From NCBI GenBank assembly GCA_037447605.1, contig CM074817.1:2418001-2482000 (forward strand): a stretch of DNA of 64,000 nt, read 5' to 3'. Both the position numbers and the translations under genes were made by a program. Of the stretch, positions 10,418 through 21,800 are shown in pieces. Origin of the DNA: Zygnema circumcarinatum SAG 698-1b. Taxonomy: Eukaryota > Plantae > Zygnematophyceae. The stretch's first letter is position 1, and the number at the start of each line of letters is the position of its first letter. The notes below the pieces were generated by a model. The model was not told where the DNA came from. It made no database searches and worked only from the letters and a program-made list of their open reading frames with translations.

Positions 10418-12798
10418 CTACTCGTGGTAGTAGTCGAAGACCTCGTAGTCGCCTTGGAGCAGGTCCCCCCCCTCGCCGTAGTGCGCGCAGTAGTAGCAGT
10501 CCGCGCACAACACAGCCGGCGACTCTGCCATCGCCGCGTCCCCGCGCACCACCTTCTTGGCCGCCAAAAGGCCGCACGCGCAGCACTTCCGGTGACGGAA
10601 CTTTTGCTGTCACGTCGCGGTTTAGGGTACAGGGTTTAGGGTTAAGGTTCGGGTTTAGGGTTCAGGGTTTAGGGTTTAGGGTTTAGGGTTCACGGTTTAG
10701 GGTTTACGGTTAGGGTTTAGGGTTCACGGTTTAGGGTTAGGGTTAGGGTTAGGGTTTAGGGTTCAGACGAGCCGACGGGAACAAGGACGAGATCGAGACG
10801 GTTTTCGTAAAAGAGGAATCATCTCAAACATTGGTGTTGAGGCTGGAGGTTGCGATGGGAAACAAGGGACCTCTCTCGCTCTCTCACAGAGACACACATG
10901 CATACCGGGGTCTCACCTGAAACTTAACAACAGGATATGCCGCTCCGTTTTGCACATCCGTCGGATGCAACAGTCGCATGTCCATTATCTGAAAGACGTG
11001 CTTGCACCCTCCCTACTCCCACCCACAACAAAAAAACTAAACACACTTGAAAAATTCGCACAGGGTTCTTGAAAAAAAAAAAAAAAATTTCTACTTCTCC
11101 TCAATCCAAGATTGACACCCCAAACTTATATACCGACGTTACATGCCGAGTAAATTGAACCATACGCCATAGTATAGCGGTCCCATAAACTGACCTGATG
11201 CATGTAGACGTAGTTAACCGCAATCTGAAAACTGAAGTCCAAAAAACAAGTTTGTTCCATTTTGGCCCTTTGATATTCCGGCACATATCCGTCCTCAAAA
11301 AGGCCACTTTCCAGTCCGTGATGTTTCTCATTCCACTTTTGACGCTGCTTGCGGTTCCAGTGAAGGATCGCGGAACTGAGGTCCTTTGCGTCGCTCCGTC
11401 GCATGTCACTGTAGAACACGTCCTGCACATGGAACGGGGGGAGAAGGGAGGAGGAGGGGCAGCTAAAGACAGAGGACTTTGCCGGCACGAGCGGAAAGGG
11501 AGGGACGACGGAGAGGAGAGGGAGTGGGGCGTTGCGTTCAGTGCGATGCGAGAGGGAGAACGAGAAGAGAGAGGGAGAGAGAGGGAGACAGAGAGAGAAG
11601 GAAAGAGACAGACACAGACAGAGACAGACAGAGAGAGGGAGGGAGGGAGAGGGAGAGGGAGAGAGGGATAGGGAGAGAGAGAGAGACCTCTACCTCTATG
11701 CAGAAGAAGGCGGAGGGGAGGGAGAGGCCGGCGTCTGCAGCGATGACGTCCTGAAGGCAGTAATTGGCGTCGCGAAGGGCGGTGAGGGGCTGGCAGGCCC
11801 GCACGATTAACTCTTGCGCCTGTTGCAAGGGAGGGAGGGAGAGAGGGAGGAGAGAGGGAGGAGGGAGAGGGAAGGAGGGAGAGAGGGCGAGGCAGAGAGG
11901 GCAGCGAGAGAGACAGAGATGGAGTCGAGTAGGGGGGAGAAGTTGAGGAAAATTGGGAAAGAGGAGTATACAGAGAGTAGGGAATAAGAAAACGGAGCAA
12001 ACGGTTTGCTATTGCTTGTGAATACATTTTACTTGCGTACAAAGTTAAAAGTCAAGCAAAGTCAAGTCGAGTCAACGGCTTGTGAGTCCATTGAAAGTAC
12101 CAAACAGAGTAACATAAAGTTGCAGAACTTCCCTAAACCTGAACCCTAAATTTCTGAAATTTTCTAAGACTTTGCACGATGCTATAAAGCGCTATATTGA
12201 GCAAATTTTCCATTAGCTTTTTAAAAAGAAATTAAGTAAAGAAATCGAACCTTTGTGTCCCGCTTGTCGGGATTGAGGAACTGGACCACAAGGAGCACTT
12301 CAGTCGGTTCCATGCTTTCCCATGCCGTTTCCGTTGAACGGCCCTGTTTCTGCAGGCATGCAAACAGCACAACATTCGTCACATGCACATAGAAAACTCA
12401 CTCAAACCCTGAAAAGGCTACTCGAAACTCTCAAACCCTGCAAACCTAGAAATTCATAACGTGCTGAAAATCCAACAACCACAGAACCGACCCAACAAAC
12501 CACAACAAACTACCCACACAAGAAGTAATACAAACTCGAAAACTAGCGTTGTAGAAGACTTGAAAAGCCTTTGAAAGCCCCCACAATGTGAAATATCATT
12601 TTTTTTTTTATATTTGATTATATATATTACAAAAAATTGACCTTGTGGCGCAGCGAGAGATAGTTCGCGTTCGAGAGCGTGCACGCGTCGAGGAGGCGAG
12701 TGCCCGCGTCCATGTCACGTCGCCTCCGCCCGCGCCCGCCGAGGAGGAGGGCGGCCTGTGCCTCCCTGAAAAGTGCCCCCCCCGAATGGCACTGCTTT

Positions 12799-12852
<54 letters not shown>

Positions 12853-15801
12853 AGAGAGAGAGAGAGGAGAGGGAGAGAGGGAGGAGGGAGAGGGAAGGAG
12901 GGAGAGAGGGAGAGAAAAAGAGAGTGGGGAAGAGGGAGGGAGAGGGGGAGAGAGAGAGAGAGAGAGTGGGGGAGGGAGAGAGGGAGAGAGAGAGAGAGGA
13001 GAGGGAGGGAGAGAGGGAGAGAAAAAGAGAGTGGGGAAGAGGGAGGGAGAGGGGGGAGAGAGAGAGTGGGAGAGAGTGAGAAAGGGAGAGAGGGGACAGA
13101 GAGAGAGAGGAGAGGGAGGGGAGAGAGCCAGTCGACAGCCGACAGCCTTGCATTTGGAAGGAGGCTCTGTTGTAGAAGTTTGAGCTTTAGTTTTCAACTC
13201 TCACATAGTCCATTCAAGAATTGTGTTGTGGTTTACCTGATAGTCCATTCCATTAGAGAATTTTTGTTTTGTGTTTACCTGACGGAATGAAGCGTCGAGC
13301 TCTCCCACGCTCTCTGCCTTTCCTCCACTTTTGCGAGAACAGCGCTGATCCGCCTTCTCCGCTCACTCTCGTCCTGCGTCACCAACATTAGGGTTAGATC
13401 TGTCCCTCTCTCTCTCTCTCTCTCTCTTGCTCTCTCTCTCTCTCTCTCTCCCCCCCCTACATTAGTTTTGAAGTAAAAAGGAAAATGGACGAATCGTGAA
13501 ACTCAAGAGGCCCCAAAAAATCGCAAGCAGCCAAAACCATCTTCACTTTGAAAACAACGAAGAAAACCTAATAGCTTCACCAACTCTAAAGAGCCTAATA
13601 CTTGAGAAATCAAACGGCCCAAAACCACCCCACAAATCTCTGCAAGCACTTACCAAAAATCCCGATACTCCCTGGGCCTTCTCCTCCTCCTCTTTCTCGA
13701 TATCTGGGGGTCTCCCTCTCCTCCTTTCCGCTCCCTTCCGTGCATTACCACTACCTACGTCAACACTTCTTCCCTCGCCCTCTCCCTCCGTTCCTGCCTC
13801 CCTCCCTCTCTCCCTTCCTCCCTCCCTCTCTCCCTTCCTCCCTCCCTCTCTTCCTCCCTACTTCCCTCCCGCTCTCCCTCCCTTCATGACTCCCTATCTC
13901 CCTCCCTTCCTCCCTCCCTCTCTCCCTTCTCTCCAAGCCCTTCCAATTCCACGGTTCCCTGCTGGGTCTCGGCAACTAGAAGTGAATTTCCGAGCTCCGA
14001 ACTCAACTGTACGGAAGCGGTTTCTATGTCAAAATTCTCGAAATTTTCGTCCATCAGTTCTTCAATAAGCTCCCCGATTTCGTTCTGTTTGGAGGGTGAA
14101 ATGGCTCGGACTGAATTCAGCAGAGTCGCTTAACATCTGGGAGGGGTCGAGAACCGGGGGTTCAGATATACGGGGCTCTATTGAGGCTTCAGGAATCGAG
14201 GGTTCAGTGAGAACCAAAAAAGAAAAATTAGAAGAATTTGCATTGTCTTCTGTCGGTGGATTTGCGTTTCTTTCTGTAGGTGACTGGGAGGAGGCTTCAT
14301 TGCCCCTAATTTCAGGTACAGGCGAAGAAGGAATTTTAGGGTTTGAGGAGGGAGGAGTAAGGGTAGGTTCATTTGGCTCTATAGGGGGTCTATTATAGGT
14401 CCCCGGGCAGGGTTGCAAAATTTCAGGCTGCCCGGACGCCTGTCCATGCCCAACATTTTCGGGCGGCCATAGTTTGGAGATTGTGTCAGCCAAAAGCTTC
14501 TCCATAGACGGAAATTGGAGATCGTCCACACTGCGAAATAATCAGCAAAAAAAAAAAAAAAAAAGAGATGAAAAATTTGATTCGACATGCATACACTGAT
14601 CATCATAAAACTAGGATTCAATTAAATACACTTCTGATGACAATCGCCTCCGTGTCGAGTTTCAAATAACATGGAAAAAACCCAAAAAGACAGTTGAGAG
14701 GGCTTAAGAATTTTTAGCAGGCCGACGACTATTAGATCTCTGTTAAGACCAAAAAACCAATAAATGGAGTTGTTTCTCGATAATTTAACCCCCTTCCAGC
14801 TTGTAAAACAATAATTTCTTTACTGACCTCGTCGATAAAAGGACCCATCATGCGGCATGGCATGTATGACGTGACGTGACGTGAAGTGACGTGACGTGAC
14901 GTGACGTGACGTGAAGTGACGTGACGGAGGCGGATACAAGAAACCTGAGTCATGAGGACGGAATTTTAGGGTTCTAAGAAATTTTTGGATTTGTCGATTT
15001 CTGCGGATTTTAAGTTTCCCGGGTCAAAGACATTTCGGTTTTTCACTTTTTTCGGGTTATTTGGATATGTGTTTTTCTTTTTATTTTCCAGAGTTTATCA
15101 GGAGTTTCGGCTTCCTCGTCATTATATGGTTTTCACCTGAGCCTCATGGTGACAGCTGCCTCCTTTTGAAATCATGTGGATGCATAGAAACAGTAAAGCG
15201 TGGTGTGTTAATATGGATGTGAACACTATTCGTGTAAAGGAAATGCTTTTACCCGATGTCGCACGGTTGAGAGAGCAGAAAGGGGTCCTCAAGCGCCTCC
15301 TCCCACTCCTGCAATATTCGAGATTCAGAAAGCTTCAGATATAAAGGGAAAAAGGAAAAGGAAATTTTTTGGCCACGACCGCTTATGAAATTTAGCGTAT
15401 ACCCCCTCGCCCCCTCTCTTTCTCACACTCTCCTCGTCCCCCTCACTCCACCTGGCTCTCCCTCCAACTCTCTCAGCCCTTATCTGCATCTCCTCCACTC
15501 TCTCTGCCCTTATCTATCTATATCCATCCCACTCCCTATCCCTCACTCCCTTCCGTTCCCCCCTCCCTCTCCCTTTCCCCGCCTTCTCTGCACCCTCTCT
15601 CTTTCTCCACCCATCTCCCGCTCTCTCCCCCACTCTCTATTCCTCAATCCCTTTCCCCCTTCCTCCCTCCTTCCCTCCCTCCCTCCCTCCCTCNNNNNNN
15701 NNNCTCCCTCCCTCCCTTCCCCTCTCTCCCACCTTCACTCTCCCTCCCTCACCTGCAGCAGCTTCCCGGCGCTCCTCCTCCTCCTCCTCAGCAGCAGCCA
15801 T
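10418..15801 (-). pseudogene. SNAPC3: SNAPC3/SRD2 copy 2, full length (10 exons) but disabled
   Basis: Exons 15801-15753, 15308-15253, 14530-13654, 13373-13279, 12765-12642, 12349-12251, 11819-11694, 11422-11195 (DVFYSDMR...NYVYMHQ), 11012-10917 (GGCKHVFQIMDMRLLHPTDVQNGAAYP), 10606-10418 (KCCACG...LCADCYYCAH...FDYYHE*). Exon 1 is shortened to 49 nt (frameshift). A 2-nt deletion near 14085 gives a stop at 14062, and there is a TGA in the original frame at ~13884-13886. Confidence 0.85.
10620..10763 (+). repeat. Interstitial telomere-like array (TTTAGGG/TTAGGG and variants) in the last SNAPC3 intron
   Basis: About 20 units such as gggtttagggttcagggtttagggtttaggg...ttagggttaggg, ending ~12 nt from the splice acceptor at 10607-10608. 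Confidence 0.92.
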
Positions 15802-16959
15802 GGCGTCGCGGAGCTCTCGTCCCGGACGCCTCTGCCTCGCAGCCGGCGTGCCGAGGGAGGCCTCCCCACGGCTTCCCTCTGCCTCTGCGAACGCCACGTG
15901 GCCCGCCGTGGAGGGCACGCAACATTCGGGCTGGGAGGGATGAAGGGGTCGGTACACCGCGCGGTACTGTATCCTCAATACGATACGATACGATACGATA
16001 CATACGAAAGTACGGTATTATGGATTGCACGATATGCATCGCGTACTGAGCCGTATCGTTCGGCGTGGACCTTTTTAGTCGGTGGTTACCGGAGTTGGTT
16101 ATAGGACCACATGCCGCCTCGTATTTGGTTTGGAATCCGCAATTCCGCCATGGCTTTGTACCTTTTGATGGCTTTGCCATTGCACGGTGTTCAATAAAGG
16201 TACAATCAAAGTTCTTGAAATTGTGGTCAGTTTTATGGTTCATAATTGGATCAAAATCCGAAAAAGATTCAATATGATTGTGATCATCATCATTAAGGAT
16301 GAAAGATTGCAATGAGTTTGTTGTAGTTGAGCCAAATTCAAAAAAACAAGCCTCACTCAACAAACGGAGCCGGACAACAAGTCTCAGCTGTCCAACTCTC
16401 AATCTCAATTCCGAATATAGAACAATATGTCTTCCTATTGGCACGCTTAACTTCGAAACCCCACAAACTCCCCCTCAATCATATCTTAATCGTTCTTTTT
16501 CCTCAAGGGAAAATCACCCACTTATGAAATATCTGCTTCCAACATAAGATGATATTTGCAACATCCTCCGTCTTTGGTTGAAATCATGTCTTGCTCATCA
16601 ATGCATGTTCATCCTCCCTCCCTCACTCCTGAATCAAGGAAGTATTCCTTCATCAACCAATCACTTCAAACTCCACACAAGATAACCCCAACATCTTCCA
16701 CTACGAGACATCTGTCCCCTCGCTTCTGCCACTCCCACCTGGCCCTCTCTCTCCCTCCCTCCCTCCCTCTCCGTTCTTCTCCCCCCCAAGCCTGCTTTGC
16801 CCTCCCCTCTCTCTCTCCACTCATTGTCTCATGCTCAGCATCAAAGCCTTTGAATGACCGACATGACCTAAACTCCACTCAGTTTAAGGCCAAACGACTA
16901 TGTTTAAGTAGGGCTTGAAAGCTCACAATCAAATTGTTCCCAGTAAGAATTCATGATAC

Positions 16960-17311
16960 AACTTAAAAACGCATGTGGTCAAATTGTTCGCATTGAAGAA
17001 GCCGGCATTGCAGGTGCATGCAGAGACATTTTGGAGCAGATTCTGTTGCCATTGCAGACTCCGCTCGGCTGATTTGCGCCGCAGAAGTTGGCACACTCTT
17101 GGGCGGGCCACTGGGCTAAGCTGTAGCACGCCGCGGAGGCTGCCGAATTGTGAAGCAGTTGCCGGCTACAGCCACTCTGCAGAAGTCATCGTTGTTGAAA
17201 CCGACCTTCAGAGTCTCCAAAAGGTAATTTCCGGTTACGTCGATGTAGACATCTTCAAAGGCTTTGAAGCAAATCTGCAGTTGGCCTGTCAATAAGTTGT
17301 TGCAGAGGAGT
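16960..17311 (-). pseudogene. Decayed LRR-cap/EGF exon of the LRR cluster
   Basis: LCNNLLTGQLQICFKAFEDVYIDVTGNYL...FCRVAVAGNCFT, then frameshifts relative to the intact exons at 21609-21958 and 32501-32850. Confidence 0.85.
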
Positions 17312-17430
17312 CTGCATAACACATGTTCGGCAACTGATTGAGCATCAACTTGACGCAGATTTGGAGATGTTTTCCCAAAAGTTCTGCCAGTGCTCCCAAT
17401 GGTCGTGCTCTCACAATACCATGTCCAGCT

Positions 17431-18722
17431 TGTGAGTGGGGCAAAAGGTTGAGAAGCAAATTCATCTCCAATCCTTTCCCCCTCATCTCTCTCCATGGAA
17501 GCTTCACTCCATGTGCCCACAACACTCTCATTCATTTTTCACTCAAGTGCATACACAATACACAAGAGGCGGAATAGAAAAACGAAAGAGAAAGCTCCAC
17601 GTGAGACAGATCTCCACACATGGAGACTCCTCACAAAGGTTCACCTCCTGTTGCCAAAGCCATGCCTCTTAACTGCCGTAGCTTTGCAACTCTCTTCAAG
17701 AAGGTTACTACCTTACACACCCACTCCTCACTATATAGTAAGGGGCTGTCACGTCACTCACGCCGGGACCATGCATGCAACAACCTTAATTCAAACAACC
17801 TTTTAAACTACTTCGTGTCTTGCTTTGCAAAGTACGTCTAGCCTGGCAACGTGCCAACACCACCGCACTAACCCAGGTGGGCATGCACTCTACCGCCGGC
17901 TATACATCCCGCCGTCCTCACAAGGACTAACTTCCTTAAAGTGGGCTCCGCCGCCTCCTTGCCGCCACAACATTCCAAGACTCCACGCTCTAGAAACGAT
18001 TCCTCAGAGCAATGTCGAATGTCGGACCTCCCGACCGCACGATCAGCATCTGCCGCTCGGTCGGTCTCATCTCCGTGACCGTCCGATCCGCATCGGCCGC
18101 TCAGTCGGTCTCGTCTCCGCGCGACGCTCCTGAGTCGTACAAGCTTGAAGCATGTCTGCTCCCATACAGCTCACACCTGATACGTGGCGCCTTCCCATTC
18201 GCGACTGTCCTCCAGATGAGACGCTGCTGACTCCGCGCCTCCTCATGCTGATTCGTCGCGCCGACATCTCAGCACCGACCAACGTCCGTACCTCTAAAGT
18301 ACATACTGTACCGAATCATGCGTTATGTCAAGCACGGAGATCACGCCTTGATTCGCGCGCTGTCGCGACCAATCATGTCGCTTCACGCAAATCCGCCTCT
18401 CGCGTCCAAATCACCGAGTCCGTACATTTCAGCTTCGTCCGTACAGTCACGCGCCGTCCGTACGGCCGAGCTCCATCTAATCAGGCGCATCCCACGCGCC
18501 CCCTGTGGTACAGTCTAGGCCTAAGCCGTAAACCTACGACCCTAGACTTGCCCTAGACCGTGCCGTACCATGCCCTAACAAAATGGGCATCCCCCAATGT
18601 TCGCTCCTATACCAAACATGACCATTCATGCATGACATTGTCCCAACACAACATTGTTCTCCTAGACAAAACTCATGCGAGGAACAAAGTACCAACAACC
18701 TTGATGTACCTATACATCAACA
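17431..18722 (-). mobile_element. Solo LTR (1292 bp) inserted in an LRR-gene intron
   Basis: TG...CA termini (minus strand TGTTGA...CTCACA). 5-bp TSD CAGCT at 17426-17430 and 18723-18727. Uninterrupted site ccatgtc-cagtt-cacacattag at ~32959-32980. TATA-like actatatagt at ~17727. Confidence 0.85.
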
Positions 18723-21700
18723 CAGCTCACACATTAGATCATCTTTTCATGGAAGGCAAGATGTTGAGTAGTGAGGATGAAGCCGAAAGCCCTCACATGC
18801 GTGCGGAATTTGTGAGGGAACCGATTGAAGTAGGAATGGCTCCGCTGAGACGATTAGAGGAGAGGTCCTTGCCATGCCATAACGTGGATTTGCTCAGAGC
18901 AGAGGAGGCATACTATGCATAGTCCAATGTCAGGCTTTACTCAGCTCTTTTGTAATTTTGAGGACAAACAAAATCTATGTCAGGAGTTAGAGTCCGTAAA
19001 ACCCTCGAACCCTAAACCCCTAGAAGCCTTTAAAAACCTGCAACCCTAAAAGCAAGGTTGCGCGGCGTCCACATGGGCCTCAGCAGTGCTAAAGGCGACA
19101 ACAGCTGCTGCCTGGGCGTGTTCTCATTGTACAGCTCTGTTTGTCGCCGGACACGCAGACGGCGCCAACTCCTGTTGAAGTGCTGAGTGTGGTTTGGGTT
19201 TGCAACTTTAGAAAGGGAACACGAAAAACAAATGAGCACAAATATGGACCGGACCAACCAAAAATTATCAAGCACATTGCATAATTTCAAGATAAACTAA
19301 AAACTTGCCCTCAACTCGCGCATTCTCCACTTTCATATATCCACAAAAAACATCACTTTCCAAGCGCACGAACAACAGAAACTGCAGAACCCAAATTTTC
19401 TCAAAAGGAGCTGAGTTCGGCTGACCAGTCAACACACCAAACCTAGTATCCAAACCAAAAAAAAACGACTTTTTGAGGGTCCTTCGACCGCAGGGCGGAC
19501 GGCGAGTCTGTCTATCTCGGATGCCTTTTGGCCCTCTCATCGAAAGCACACAAAAACTGTAACTGAATGCATGTAGAGCCTTTTAGGGTTTAAGTAGAGT
19601 GCTGCGCCATGTGCGTTCTGCCGCACGCGTGCCTCGAGTCTCCAACTCATAACTTAGACGATAGCTCAAATTCTTCGCAATCAGTACTGAAGAAAGGTCC
19701 CACTCTCTTCTTGAAGATGTGCATTGTGATTGGCCCGCAATCCAACCTCTGCATTCACAGGTCATGCCACCAATATGAGCCCCCGACATATCTCCACGCA
19801 ATTATCTGACACAGCTTGTGACTAAAAAAACAAAACTCATCCCTCACATGACATGTTTTCTCCCTCAACCCGTCTCCTTCCTCTACCTCTTCCCTACGCC
19901 TCTTCCCACCTCTGTCACTTCTTTTACCTTCTTGTAACATCCAGGTAACATCTTCCCCCCCCCACCCCCTGCCCCTCTCTTTTCTCCTCCTTTATTCTTC
20001 ATTTTCATCTTCATCGCCCGAGGAGAAGCAGCAAATACTCACAAACACATAAGGTCGAGTTTCCCGCATTGCTGAAGCCGGCGTTGCAGGTGCATGCAGG
20101 AACATTTTGGAACGAGCAGAATCCGTTGCCGTTGCAGACTCCGCTCGGCTGATTTGCGCCGCAGAAGTTGGCGCACTCCTGGGCGGGCCGCTGCGCTCCG
20201 CTGTAGCACGCGGCGGAGGCTGCCGGAAGTGTGANNNNNNNNNNGAGGAACAAAGTACCAACAACCTTGATGTACCTATACATCAACACAGCTCACACAT
20301 TAGATCATCTTTTCATGGAAGGCAAGATGTTGAGTAGTGAGGATGAAGCCGAAAGCCCTCACATGCGTGCGGAATTTGTGAGGGAACCGATTGAAGTAGG
20401 AATGGCTCCGCTGAGACGATTAGAGGAGAGGTCCTTGCCATGCCATAACGTGGATTTGCTCAGAGCAGAGGAGGCATACTATGCATAGTCCAATGTCAGG
20501 CTTTACTCAGCTCTTTTGTAATTTTGAGGACAAACAAAATCTATGTCAGGAGTTAGAGTCCGTAAAACCCTCGAACCCTAAACCCCTAGAAGCCTTTAAA
20601 AACCTGCAACCCTAAAAGCAAGGTTGCGCGGCGTCCACATGGGCCTCAGCAGTGCTAAAGGCGACAACAGCTGCTGCCTGGGCGTGTTCTCATTGTACAG
20701 CTCTGTTTGTCGCCGGACACGCAGACGGCGCCAACTCCTGTTGAAGTGCTGAGTGTGGTTTGGGTTTGCAACTTTAGAAAGGGAACACGAAAAACAAATG
20801 AGCACAAATATGGACCGGACCAACCAAAAATTATCAAGCACATTGCATAATTTCAAGATAAACTAAAAACTTGCCCTCAACTCGCGCATTCTCCACTTTC
20901 ATATATCCACAAAAAACATCACTTTCCAAGCGCACGAACAACAGAAACTGCAGAACCCAAATTTTCTCAAAAGGAGCTGAGTTCGGCTGACCAGTCAACA
21001 CACCAAACCTAGTATCCAAACCAAAAAAAAACGACTTTTTGAGGGTCCTTCGACCGCAGGGCGGACGGCGAGTCTGTCTATCTCGGATGCCTTTTGGCCC
21101 TCTCATCGAAAGCACACAAAAACTGTAACTGAATGCATGTAGAGCCTTTTAGGGTTTAAGTAGAGTGCTGCGCCATGTGCGTTCTGCCGCACGCGTGCCT
21201 CGAGTCTCCAACTCATAACTTAGACGATAGCTCAAATTCTTCGCAATCAGTACTGAAGAAAGGTCCCACTCTCTTCTTGAAGATGTGCATTGTGATTGGC
21301 CCGCAATCCAACCTCTGCATTCACAGGTCATGCCACCAATATGAGCCCCCGACATATCTCCACGCAATTATCTGACACAGCTTGTGACTAAAAAAACAAA
21401 ACTCATCCCTCACATGACATGTTTTCTCCCTCAACCCGTCTCCTTCCTCTACCTCTTCCCTACGCCTCTTCCCACCTCTGTCACTTCTTTTACCTTCTTG
21501 TAACATCCAGGTAACATCTTCCCCCCCCCACCCCCTGCCCCTCTCTTTTCTCCTCCTTTATTCTTCATTTTCATCTTCATCGCCCGAGGAGAAGCAGCAA
21601 ATACTCACAAACACATAAGGTCGAGTTTCCCGCATTGCTGAAGCCGGCGTTGCAGGTGCATGCAGGAACATTTTGGAACGAGCAGAATCCGTTGCCGTTG

Positions 21701-21800
21701 CAGACTCCGCTCGGCTGATTTGCGCCGCAGAAGTTGGCGCACTCCTGGGCGGGCCGCTGCGCTCCGCTGTAGCACGCGGCGGAGGCTGCCGGAAGTGTGA
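18679..21800. other. Apparently identical direct duplication 18679-20234 / 20245-21800 around a 10-N gap (probable unmerged contig overlap)
   Basis: Offset 1566; all ORFs in the track are identical between the copies. Confidence 0.85.
18797..18868 (-). pseudogene. LRR pseudo-exon DLSSNRLSGAIPTSIGSLTNSARM with acceptor AG changed to AA; repeated at 20363-20434 and 31244-31315
   Basis: Near identical to exon 33039-33110 but acceptor reads caa|GGACC instead of cag|GGACC. Confidence 0.8.

Noticed and set aside
10620-10763. True chromosome end
   Set aside because: Short, degenerate and flanked on both sides by exons of one gene
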